Shown here: piece by piece, positions 8,630 through 17,699 of the stretch
Layout of the letters: each line of letters opens with the position of its first letter
Position numbering within the stretch: position 1 is the first letter of the stretch
Source: an uncultured cyanobacterium
Lineage (GTDB): Bacteria; Cyanobacteriota; Cyanobacteriia; Cyanobacteriales; Nostocaceae
Reading direction: 5' to 3'
DNA length: 64,000 nt
Assembly (NCBI GenBank): GCA_963706595.1
Contig: OY970166.1
Span: forward strand, 4,032,001 to 4,096,000
Position numbers and translations under genes: made by a program
Notes under the pieces: generated by a model
Database searches by the model: none
Seen by the model: the letters and a program-made list of their open reading frames with translations, nothing else
What the model was told of the DNA's origin: nothing

Positions 8630-11095
8630 ATGTCAGAAGTGCCTACTCAGTGTCAAAATTTATCAGAGCAAGTTGAGTCTATATTACAATTTTTACAGCA
8701 AGAACCATCTTTACGTTCTCAAGATATTACATCTGTACAAACTTCTCTAGGAAAAGTGATTTCTCCAAAGTTTGAAATTGTATTTGCAGGTGCATTTAGT
8801 GCCGGGAAGTCGATGCTAATTAATGCCCTCCTAGAACGGGAGTTGTTATATAGTGCCGAAGGACACGCTACAGGTACGGAATGCAAAATTGAGTATGCGG
8901 AACTAAATAATGAACGGGTGGTTTTAACGTTTTTAAGTGAAGTTGAAATTCGGGAACAAGCTAGTTTTCTGTGTCAACATTTGGGATTTCAAACAGCCGT
9001 TAATATTAATCAAGTTGAAGTAATTAGCCTCTTGCGTCAAGGTTGTGAAACGATTATTCAGCACGAAGGTGGGGAAAGTAAATCGGAACGTGCAAAACAA
9101 GCGAAGGCTTTAATATTGCTGCTGGATGGGTATGAGGCAAACCGTCAACATATTCATACTATGAATAATGCTACATACTCGATGGAGCAATTTAACTTTT
9201 CTAATCTCAAAGAAGCTGCTGGATATGCGCGGCGTGGGAGTAATAGCGCTGTGTTAAAAAGAATTGAATATTACTGTAACCATCCCCTTTTGTCAGATGG
9301 TAATGTGATCATCGACACGCCAGGAATTGATGCACCAGTAGAGAAGGATGCACAGTTAACTTACGACAAGATTCAACATCCAGATACATCGGCGGTGGTG
9401 TGTGTGTTAAAACCTGCTTCTGGTGGTGATATGACGAAGGAAGAAACGGAACTTTTAGAAAAAATGCGAAACAATGCGGGAATACGCGATCGCATCTTCT
9501 ACACCTTCAATCGCATTGACGAAACTTGGTATAATACCCAGTTAAGGCAGCGTTTAGATGATTTAATTAGTCAACAGTTTCGAGATGCGAGTCGGGTTTA
9601 TAAAACCAGTGGTTTACTCGGATTTTACGGTAGTCAGATTAAACGCACTACTGAAATAGATAGATTTGGGTTAGATTCTGTTTTTACAGAGAGTGTTAAA
9701 AGTCTCAATGGCACAGAAGAAACACCGCAATTTATTAATGAGTTTAACCGCTATTGTGTTAATTCTGGCAAACTTTCACATAGACAGTTTCCCATTTCCA
9801 TAAGCAATGCTCAAACTGCCAATCAAAATTATGTGAGAATTTTAAATGAGCATGGAACGCCTTTAATTAATCAGCTAATTCAAGATAGTGGAATTGAGGA
9901 ATTTCGCACAGCTATTACTAAATATTTAGTAGAAGAAAAGCGTCCACAGCTTTTCAAAAATCTGGCTGATGATTTGGAAGATATTTGCATTAAATTAAAA
10001 AAACATTATCAGGGTGAACAAAGGAATTTAGATAGTCAACCGCGAGAAATTGAGGCGATGAAGGCGCAAGAGTTACAACGCCTGAATCAGCAGCTACAGC
10101 AAGTTGGTAAAGATTTTAGCCAGCATATTGCAGAAGAAGTCAACCAAATAATTAATAATTCCTGTGATGCTTTTGAATCAGATTTTCGACAACTACAATC
10201 ACGGATGATTCGGCGTTTAGATGAATTGCTAGATACCTTTTCTGTGGCTGATGCTTATCGACGTTCTACTATTAGTCATCCCCGAAATGCAACTGCACCT
10301 TTACTAGCTATTTTAGTCGAGGCATTTTATTATTTAGCAAATCAATTAGAAGATATCTTGATAGATTCTTCTCAACAATTAGTTGCTAATTTGTTTCAGC
10401 GATTAATGGATAAAATTCGCAAGTCAGAATACTATCGTCAATTATATCGGTTGTTAGGTAATGATGGCGGCATTGAAAAAGAGGTAAAAATTTTAGAAAA
10501 ATCAGTATCTTTAGCGTTAGTAAGTGCAGCTAGTATAGAATGCGATCGCTTCGTCAGAGAAAGTCCTAGATTTTATGATGAAGGCACGTTTTCTATATAT
10601 CAATTTCGCCAAACTTTGCTGCAAACTTCCCAAGGTTACGATTCTGAAAGCATAGTAGAAGCTGAACCAGCAATTAGACAATTGTTAAAGTTAGATTTTG
10701 AACCAAAAGTTTCTCAAACAATCCGTAAAACCTTCCGCCAAACTATCAGCCAAATCCTCAAAAGTCAGTTATTACCTATGGCGGAACAGCAAGCAGATGA
10801 TATTTTGCAGCAGTACCCCCAAGCGCGGGCTTATTTAGAGCAAAGTCTGCAACAAGAAGCTGAGGAAAAAATTCTGAATAATCGCCGCTTATTGAGTGTT
10901 GTTGAACAAAAAATTGCGGCTTATAATTCCGCCGTTTCGCAAATCAATAATTGCTTACAGTCTATGCAGTTATATGATCATTTATTGCCTGAAATTGGCA
11001 ACGAAGATGTTCAACCACTAGTAACTGATGCAGAAGTTGTTGAATTTGCGAATAAAGATACTTTTATTGCTGATGGTTTAGTCAGCAATATATAG
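8630..11095 (+). CDS. Dynamin-like GTPase
   Basis: G1 GAFSAGKS, G2 T, G3 DTPG, G4 NRID, followed by a long helical stalk. Confidence 0.9.
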   Translation: MSEVPTQCQNLSEQVESILQFLQQEPSLRSQDITSVQTSLGKVISPKFEIVFAGAFSAGKSMLINALLERELLYSAEGHATGTECKIEYAELNNERVVLTFLSEVEIREQASFLCQHLGFQTAVNINQVEVISLLRQGCETIIQHEGGESKSERAKQAKALILLLDGYEANRQHIHTMNNATYSMEQFNFSNLKEAAGYARRGSNSAVLKRIEYYCNHPLLSDGNVIIDTPGIDAPVEKDAQLTYDKIQHPDTSAVVCVLKPASGGDMTKEETELLEKMRNNAGIRDRIFYTFNRIDETWYNTQLRQRLDDLISQQFRDASRVYKTSGLLGFYGSQIKRTTEIDRFGLDSVFTESVKSLNGTEETPQFINEFNRYCVNSGKLSHRQFPISISNAQTANQNYVRILNEHGTPLINQLIQDSGIEEFRTAITKYLVEEKRPQLFKNLADDLEDICIKLKKHYQGEQRNLDSQPREIEAMKAQELQRLNQQLQQVGKDFSQHIAEEVNQIINNSCDAFESDFRQLQSRMIRRLDELLDTFSVADAYRRSTISHPRNATAPLLAILVEAFYYLANQLEDILIDSSQQLVANLFQRLMDKIRKSEYYRQLYRLLGNDGGIEKEVKILEKSVSLALVSAASIECDRFVRESPRFYDEGTFSIYQFRQTLLQTSQGYDSESIVEAEPAIRQLLKLDFEPKVSQTIRKTFRQTISQILKSQLLPMAEQQADDILQQYPQARAYLEQSLQQEAEEKILNNRRLLSVVEQKIAAYNSAVSQINNCLQSMQLYDHLLPEIGNEDVQPLVTDAEVVEFANKDTFIADGLVSNI

Positions 11096-11145
11096 CATTT
11101 TCCATCTTATAACTATTCATCCCGTCTTCCGTTTGTACAACAAAA

Positions 11146-11178
11146 AGATCCCCGACTTCTTCAAGAAGTCGGGGATCT
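11146..11178. repeat. 33-bp palindromic dispersed repeat, copy 2
   Basis: AGATCCCCGACTTCT-TCA-AGAAGTCGGGGATCT. Confidence 0.9.
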
Positions 11179-11215
11179 AAGCTTCTCGGTTCCGCCACAT
11201 AATCAATCAGGCTAA

Positions 11216-11464
11216 TTGATGAATAAAACGCCGCGAATTCGTATCCCGCCAGAAGTCAGACAATATGTATTTCAAAGAGATAAATACCAATGCCAAAGCT
11301 GCGGTAAAACCAAGTTAGAAACTGACTTGACAATCGATCATATCATCCCCCTAGCCCGTGGCGGTCAAAACGATATGAGCAATTTACACACCCTCTGCTT
11401 GACTTGCAACCAGCAAAAAACCGATAAACTTGACCCTCGATTCCGGCGACATTTTCAGAATTAG
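11216..11464 (+). CDS. Small HNH endonuclease
   Basis: RDKYQCQSCG...TIDHIIPLARGGQNDMSNLHTLCLTCNQQK. Confidence 0.92.
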   Translation: MMNKTPRIRIPPEVRQYVFQRDKYQCQSCGKTKLETDLTIDHIIPLARGGQNDMSNLHTLCLTCNQQKTDKLDPRFRRHFQN

Positions 11465-11634
11465 GAATTTTCCAAAAATAAATTATGCCTTTTTAGTTAA
11501 TTGTGTTACATTAAGTAGCGAGATGTAATACATAGGCTTTGTTATGGTTTGGGTTCTATATACCCGACTGGCGCGCCAACCACTGGATTGACCGTGTAGT
11601 ACAAAGTAACTTGTAACGTCACACCATAAACCCC

Positions 11635-11704
11635 AAAAGTTAGCTCACTGGTAGAGCAATCGAACAAAATCGATTTGTTACAGGTTCGATTCCTGTACTT
11701 TTTA
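11635..11704 (+). ncRNA. tRNA-like RNA with non-canonical anticodon loop
   Basis: Acceptor AAAAGT/ACTTTT; D arm GCTC-ACTGGTA-GAGC; stem ATCGA/TCGAT with 6-nt loop ACAAAA; T arm ACAGG-TTCGATT-CCTGT. Confidence 0.8.
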
Positions 11705-11749
11705 CCCACCCTGAAAAGGTGAAACACACTAACCTGAAAAGGTTACTAG

Positions 11750-12029
11750 AAACTCTGTAATGTAGGCTTACTAGCGCTCATCACTTGTGGTGTTCGGTAG
11801 TAGCAGTAAAGAAGCCAGCGCGAATGTTCTCTCCCTGACTTGAGTCTGTCCCTTCGGTTTTCCTATCCGGAGTTCTGGAACTGGCTAACCGAACGGCATA
11901 TTTGAGCGTTGTTGTCTGTTTCTAGATTACCCTTGGGTAGTTTAGGAATAAGTAGCAGCCTTCTTAATCCAGTTTTGGATGTGAAATTTGCCCGCAACTG
12001 AACTGTAAAAACCTACATTTGCGGAGTTT
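11750..12029 (+). ncRNA. Putative ~280-nt structured RNA
   Basis: Nested stems 11750-66/12012-29, 11773-80/11903-10, 11791-98/11888-95 and 11813-18/11881-86, plus hairpins 11919-48 and 11967-80; ORF-free. G-U pairs favour the + strand. Confidence 0.7.
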
Positions 12030-12103
12030 TAAAATTTAGTGTAGTATGTGTAGTATTGACTCAAAAGTTATCTCCTAATTAAGTTATTGGCACTAATGCC
12101 TGA

Positions 12104-12210
12104 TATAGCGGTTATCAGTTAAGTGAGATACAAGAACCCCACCCCCAACCCCCTCCGGTGCAAGCGAGGAGGAGGCTATGATCTACTTCATTGAAGTGGA
12201 TACCGCCATA
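12104..12210. mobile_element. ~105-bp MITE (TATAGCGGT ends), copy 1
   Basis: Closely matches the reverse complement of 39528-39633. Confidence 0.8.
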
Positions 12211-12223
12211 ACTCATTTTACCT

Positions 12224-13810
12224 ATGTTTTTATTAAACTTTTTTCGTCGGCTAAAACTGCCGAAATTATCTATGAAAATTTCTTTGTGGAAAACTTTTTA
12301 TATCAAGCCTAACGAAATTGGGATTTTGTATCAACGCAGTGATTTTCATAAAATCTTACAACCTGGTACTTACAACTATTTTGGTCCGCACTGGAATGTG
12401 AAAACCTATGATCTCAATCAACCAGAGTCTCAAATTGAGAACTTGGAATTGTTGGTGCGAAATCATAGTGCAGAGTTACAGCCACATCTCTTAGTAGTTA
12501 AAACAGCATTTAATGAAGCGGCTTTAGTTCGCTGTGGTCAAAATTGGGTCAGTGTTGCGCCTAATGAATTACGAGCTTTTTGGCGTGGTTTTATTGAGGT
12601 AGAATCCCATATTTTCAACTTAGATGAAAACTTGGAATTACCTGCGGAATTTGTGCGGCAACTACGGGTAAATACCTTAAATGGCATCAAAAAATTCCAA
12701 ATTTTTGAGTACGAAATTGGTTTGCTGTACGTGCAGAATAACTTTGTGCGCCCCCTAGTAACCGGAGAGTACGCTTTTTGGGCTGTAGATAGAGATGTTT
12801 CAGTGCGGACTCTCAGCCGGATGATTCCAAATCCAGAGTTTCCCTTAGAAGATATCTTGATTTCACAACATCCCGATTTTGTCGCAGCTTATTGCAAAAC
12901 TGTCGAATTACAAAATCAACAAGTTGCGATCGCCCGCTATCAAGGTAAAGTTATTAGTATCCTCGCCCCATGTAGTCGCAAGCTGTTTTGGCGAGATGTA
13001 GAGGTAGAAGTCATTGACATCAGCACCGATGCTAAATTGTCATCTGATTTAGTTGCTGAGTTGGTTGTGGGTTTACCTGAAGCGGTAATTTTGAGCCTCA
13101 ATAGTTTACATATTGCCTACATACCCCCGCAGTATGTGGGACTGTTGTACATCAATCAAGAGTTTCAAACACAACTCCAGTCCGGGAATCATGCTTGGTG
13201 GGTGTTTGGGCGTTCTGTAAACACAGAAATCTTTGACCTCCGCCAACAAACGATGGAAGTATCCGGCCAAGATATTTTATCCAAAGATAAAGTGCCTTTG
13301 CGCCTCAACTTAACTGCTGGCTACCGCATCACCGACCCACTCACAGCCAAAAACCGTTTATCGGATTTAACTAGCTACTTATACAAAGAGTTGCAATTTG
13401 CTTTACGTGGTGCTGTAGGTGAAAAAACCCTAGATACCTTACTAGAAGACAAAGGAGCCATTGATAGCAGTATTTTTGATTACATTCACCAAAAAACCGC
13501 CGACTATGGCATAGAAATAGATTCGGTTGGAGTCAAAGATATCATTCTCCCTGGTGAGATTAAAACGATTTTAGGGAAAGTAGTAGAAGCAGAAAAAATC
13601 GCCCAAGCTAACGTCATCCGTCGTCGTGAAGAAACTGCTGCTACCCGCAGTATGTTAAATACTGCCAAAGTAATGGAAGATAACCCCGTAGCATTGCGTT
13701 TAAAGGAGTTAGAAGTATTAGAACGAATTGCTGAGAAAATTGAGAAAATCCAAGTCAATGGAAGTTTAGATAGTATTTTGACCGACTTAGTGCGGATGAA
13801 TCGCGATTAA
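12224..13810 (+). CDS. Slipin/SPFH (band-7) protein with N-terminal beta-repeats
   Basis: C-terminal SPFH (EVSGQDILSKDKVPLRLN...VKDIILPGE...RREETAATRSMLNTAKVMEDNPVALRLKELE) and repeated N-terminal modules. An alternative start is at 12272. Confidence 0.9.
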   Translation: MFLLNFFRRLKLPKLSMKISLWKTFYIKPNEIGILYQRSDFHKILQPGTYNYFGPHWNVKTYDLNQPESQIENLELLVRNHSAELQPHLLVVKTAFNEAALVRCGQNWVSVAPNELRAFWRGFIEVESHIFNLDENLELPAEFVRQLRVNTLNGIKKFQIFEYEIGLLYVQNNFVRPLVTGEYAFWAVDRDVSVRTLSRMIPNPEFPLEDILISQHPDFVAAYCKTVELQNQQVAIARYQGKVISILAPCSRKLFWRDVEVEVIDISTDAKLSSDLVAELVVGLPEAVILSLNSLHIAYIPPQYVGLLYINQEFQTQLQSGNHAWWVFGRSVNTEIFDLRQQTMEVSGQDILSKDKVPLRLNLTAGYRITDPLTAKNRLSDLTSYLYKELQFALRGAVGEKTLDTLLEDKGAIDSSIFDYIHQKTADYGIEIDSVGVKDIILPGEIKTILGKVVEAEKIAQANVIRRREETAATRSMLNTAKVMEDNPVALRLKELEVLERIAEKIEKIQVNGSLDSILTDLVRMNRD

Positions 13811-13826
13811 TATCCACAACATTCAA

Positions 13827-14366
13827 CTATTCCTCTCTGCGACTCTGCGCCTCTGCGTGATACCCTTCCTGATTTGTTTCCGGGGTGTTAAACTTCACCC
13901 CTTCAAAAAAAATAGACATCCAAGGTAAAGCCGCAAGAATTCCCGCTAAAACGACTAAAAATACAGAAATTGCAAATATTTGATCACGAGGAATTTCCAG
14001 AACACCACGTAAAATTACTTCTCGCAAAGCCGAAACAATAGTAATTTCCACGGCTGCACCTACAGAAATTCTCTGTTCTTGTAAATAATCAAGTAACAAT
14101 CTAAATAACTCAACTAAAATCAAAATAAATAAGATATCAGAAGTTACTTCTCGTAAATCTAAAGGATGTAAAAACGAAGAAAACATATCTGCTAATCGAA
14201 TTAGCATCACACCAAATAATCCCAAGCACAGAGCAATAACAATGAAGTCTTGAAAAAGTTCTAAATTACTGACAATTCTCTCACGCTTAAACCAACTTTG
14301 TACTTCTATAATTACCCGCTTGGGCATAGTAACTCCAGATATTTTAGATTCCTCTCCCTTCATCAT
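13827..14366 (-). CDS. PsiE-family membrane protein
   Basis: ILFILILVELFRLL and IVSALREVIL motifs. Confidence 0.8.
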   Translation of the reverse strand: MMKGEESKISGVTMPKRVIIEVQSWFKRERIVSNLELFQDFIVIALCLGLFGVMLIRLADMFSSFLHPLDLREVTSDILFILILVELFRLLLDYLQEQRISVGAAVEITIVSALREVILRGVLEIPRDQIFAISVFLVVLAGILAALPWMSIFFEGVKFNTPETNQEGYHAEAQSRREE

Positions 14367-14542
14367 AGGGAATTCAAAATTTTAAAAGTTATTAATAATA
14401 ACTTTTTTAGTTAAACATATAAAAATATCAAACCTAATCTCTTATACCAATTTTACGTAAGGCTGTATATAATCGTGAAATTACTTGATCAATCCATCTT
14501 TATCTGTGTTAATCTGCGTCCATCTGCGTTCAATAAAAAAAA

Positions 14543-14575
14543 GGTGCGTTGCGCTACGCGACAACACACCCTACA
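14543..14575. repeat. 33-bp short dispersed repeat
   Basis: GGTGCGTTGCGCTACGCGACAACACACCCTACA; exact inverted copy at 53415-53447. Confidence 0.85.
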
Positions 14576-14589
14576 GATTTGATACTGAG

Positions 14590-17250
14590 TTAATCCAACT
14601 TACTCAAAATATGGCTGACATCAACAGCTAACTTTTTCCCTAACTTCAGCAATTGACGACATTGATTGTTGTCTTCCTTATTGCTAAAACTTGTGAGACA
14701 CAATGGCACAATTTGACTTTGCAGACAACTGAAATATAACTCTTGCGATTTGTGCAAAGAAATACCAATATTTAGCTGATAGCTAACATCAATCAACCGT
14801 TCTAAACATTGAATTTCTATGGCAAAACTACCGTTAGCATCGTGTAACAATTGCCAAAGTAATCGCATGATCAATTGCTCTAATATCTGCTTACCTTCGG
14901 GTATATTCAGCCGACAATGCAGTTGTTTAGATTCAGTCGCGATCGCCTCTAATTCTACAACATGACTTAAGCTTAACGCCGATTCAGTGATATCTTGCTC
15001 AAGCGATCGCAATGTCAGCATACAGCGCGATCCCAAAGCAATCTCGGCGGCTACCTGCAACTCTTGCGGAACCTCTAACTCATCCCGGTGAAACGCCATC
15101 AAAATACCGTAATTATTCCGATAGACTTGGCTATAAAGTTGGTCTAAACGGGTCAGTGTTTCCTGACTGAGTAACCGCATAATCCGGTGACGTTCCTCAG
15201 CAAACAAATTCTGCAAGCTGAATGTTTCCTCTTTAAATAGCTGTGTCATCACCAAGATAGTTTGAGCCGCACTCGCCTGTTCTAAAGAACTAAACAGCTT
15301 TTCTTTCAACTTACTGTAGTTACGCCGTCCCGTAAATAATTGAGTACAGCAGTGGAAATCCCAGCCACCCAAATGCAGTACGGCAAATACCAAACTCTCA
15401 CTTTCCCAGGTAATTTCCGACACTAGCTGTAAATGTCCAACCGCCAGCGTCAATGATCCCATGCGTTGCAGTTGGTAATCTATCTCATTGACGGTGTAAC
15501 AATAAACACGCTTGTGGTCAGGATGAGGATATTTAGCTTTTCCAGGATGAGGATTGGGCTTCTCTGTAGATTTATGATTACCAAACAGAGAAGTAATGGC
15601 ATAGTGGGCAGCTACTTGCTTTACACTAACTTGGGCAGTTTGCACCAGTTGGCGATAAACTTCCCCACCATGTTTGAAACTATCCACATTACTGGGGGCT
15701 AATCCCAAGCGTTTGAGGAAATTCTTTTCCAACTGCACACCAGCCACATCTCCAGCTAATTCCAAAGCACGGGAAGCATAGCGGAGAATTTGCGTACCTT
15801 CTGGGCGAGAAATTTCTTCAAAAAACCAGCCGCAACTGGTGAACATCAGCAAAGCATGACGCTGCATTTCTAACAGCCGCAAAGCATCTACTTGTTCGGC
15901 TGCGGTGAGTTTATGGGTTTGATGGCGAGACAGGAAGGAGTTAACATTAGCAGGAGAGCGATCGCGCATCACTTGAATATATTCATCTCGTGCTAACCAG
16001 GGATCATTAAATAGCAACCCAGCATTTTCTTCATACACCAAAATCAGCTGATCCCGCAGCCAATTTAAAGCATCTCGCAGAGGTCGCCGCCATTTTTGAT
16101 GCCAAACCCCACCTTCACCACCACAACCACAGTCATCTTGCCATCTATCAACACCGTGGGCGCAACTCCAAGCCGTGGCGGGTTTAATTTCAGCTTCCCA
16201 AGTGGGAGTATTCAGGCTGAGATAGTGAGCAAAATTTGTCACCGTCCAACCTTGTTTAGGAAACTCACCAATAAAAGCGTAGGCTAAAGTTTTCTCGGTT
16301 CCCTTCTTATGGTGTCCGAAAGTTTCCCCATCTGTAGCCACAGAAATTAACTGGGCTGGGCGGTGATCCCCACGTACCGCCGAACCGATGCGGCCAGCAA
16401 AGTGACTGGAATTATAGACCACATCACTAAAACCCATATCCCGTGAAATGGGACCATCGTAGAAGAAAACATCAATGTAAGGGCGGGTATCAGTGCCGTT
16501 ACTTTCTTTGAGATAACAGCGATAAGGACGGGTAGGATCAATTTGACTACCGCCAACTTCTTGCCATTCCGGGTGGGGATCATTCTCCGTTGGTAGGGGA
16601 CGGCAACGCTGCGCCTGAGATGGTGCAAGGATAATGAAGCGAATCCCTTCAGCAACCAAAGCTTCTAAAGTGGGGTAGTCTACACCCGTTTCCGCTAACC
16701 ACATACCTTCGGGATCACGCCCAAACCGAGAGCGAAAATCTGCTTTACCCCAGCGAATTTGGGTGTATTTATCCCGTTCATTGGCCAGAGGCATAATTAT
16801 GTGATTGTATACCTGCGCGATCGCATTCCCATGACCATGTAAGCGCTGACAACTCTTGATGTCTGCCTCCAAAATGCGCTGATACACCTCAAAATCGTAG
16901 CGTTCTAGCCACGACATCAGCGTTGGCCCCATATTAAAGCTGAAATATTCGTAATTATTCACAATTTCTACCACTTCACCTTGGTCATTGCAGACCCTGG
17001 CAAAAGCGTTGGGGCGATAGCATTCCCAGTGAATGCGTTCATTCCAATCATGGAAAGGTGCAGCACTGGGTTGACGTTCAATCGCGTCTAAATAAGGGTT
17101 TTCCCGTGGTGGCTGGTAAAAATGACCATGCACTGTGACATAAACACCAGTCGCCTGCTTCAGGGGATCAGTCTGGTGAGTATCGTGGGGAGTTGAATGT
17201 GATGTCAAACTTGTGCCAGGGCTAACTGGCCTTTCAGCAGCAGAAGTCAT
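14590..17250 (-). CDS. Glycoside hydrolase family 57 / DUF3536 protein
   Basis: HGHFYQPPRENP, GMWLAET, ATDGETFGHH and WSCAHGV motifs. Confidence 0.9.
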   Translation of the reverse strand: MTSAAERPVSPGTSLTSHSTPHDTHQTDPLKQATGVYVTVHGHFYQPPRENPYLDAIERQPSAAPFHDWNERIHWECYRPNAFARVCNDQGEVVEIVNNYEYFSFNMGPTLMSWLERYDFEVYQRILEADIKSCQRLHGHGNAIAQVYNHIIMPLANERDKYTQIRWGKADFRSRFGRDPEGMWLAETGVDYPTLEALVAEGIRFIILAPSQAQRCRPLPTENDPHPEWQEVGGSQIDPTRPYRCYLKESNGTDTRPYIDVFFYDGPISRDMGFSDVVYNSSHFAGRIGSAVRGDHRPAQLISVATDGETFGHHKKGTEKTLAYAFIGEFPKQGWTVTNFAHYLSLNTPTWEAEIKPATAWSCAHGVDRWQDDCGCGGEGGVWHQKWRRPLRDALNWLRDQLILVYEENAGLLFNDPWLARDEYIQVMRDRSPANVNSFLSRHQTHKLTAAEQVDALRLLEMQRHALLMFTSCGWFFEEISRPEGTQILRYASRALELAGDVAGVQLEKNFLKRLGLAPSNVDSFKHGGEVYRQLVQTAQVSVKQVAAHYAITSLFGNHKSTEKPNPHPGKAKYPHPDHKRVYCYTVNEIDYQLQRMGSLTLAVGHLQLVSEITWESESLVFAVLHLGGWDFHCCTQLFTGRRNYSKLKEKLFSSLEQASAAQTILVMTQLFKEETFSLQNLFAEERHRIMRLLSQETLTRLDQLYSQVYRNNYGILMAFHRDELEVPQELQVAAEIALGSRCMLTLRSLEQDITESALSLSHVVELEAIATESKQLHCRLNIPEGKQILEQLIMRLLWQLLHDANGSFAIEIQCLERLIDVSYQLNIGISLHKSQELYFSCLQSQIVPLCLTSFSNKEDNNQCRQLLKLGKKLAVDVSHILSKLD

Positions 17251-17699
17251 GTATATTTATCCAAATAAAAAACTTACATTTGCGCCGAAACCTGGGATTT
17301 AAACCTTACTACAGAGGTTTACAGACAAAATCCGGTATACAGCAAAACTATGATTATAGAATACAGTCAAATTGGCGAAAAAATTGTTTGACTAGAGCCG
17401 GAAATCTGCGTTATCGCACAGGTATGAGGTTTGTTTATGAAAATAAGGTTAGTCAAATATTTTAGAGTCTATGGATCTATTAAACCCCATATTTCGCGGA
17501 AAATCTTCGCTCTAATTGATATTTTTGCTACGAAAGTTTGCAAAAACTCCATAAATTGCAATTTTATTTTACATATCGAGTACTAATGTAGAGACAGTAT
17601 AATTTCTCAGGACACCGCAGACACTTCAGAGTATCCTAGTGTCTGTTTGCAAAATATTGCGAATTATCTGTGCATGATACTCTCACCTTAAGGTAGCAA

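Noticed and set aside
11635..11704. Functional decoding tRNA
   Set aside because: The 6-nt anticodon loop without U33 and the mismatched first acceptor pair mean no anticodon can be assigned.
11542..11727. 61-aa minus-strand ORF
   Set aside because: It is antisense to the tRNA-like structure and has no recognisable motif.
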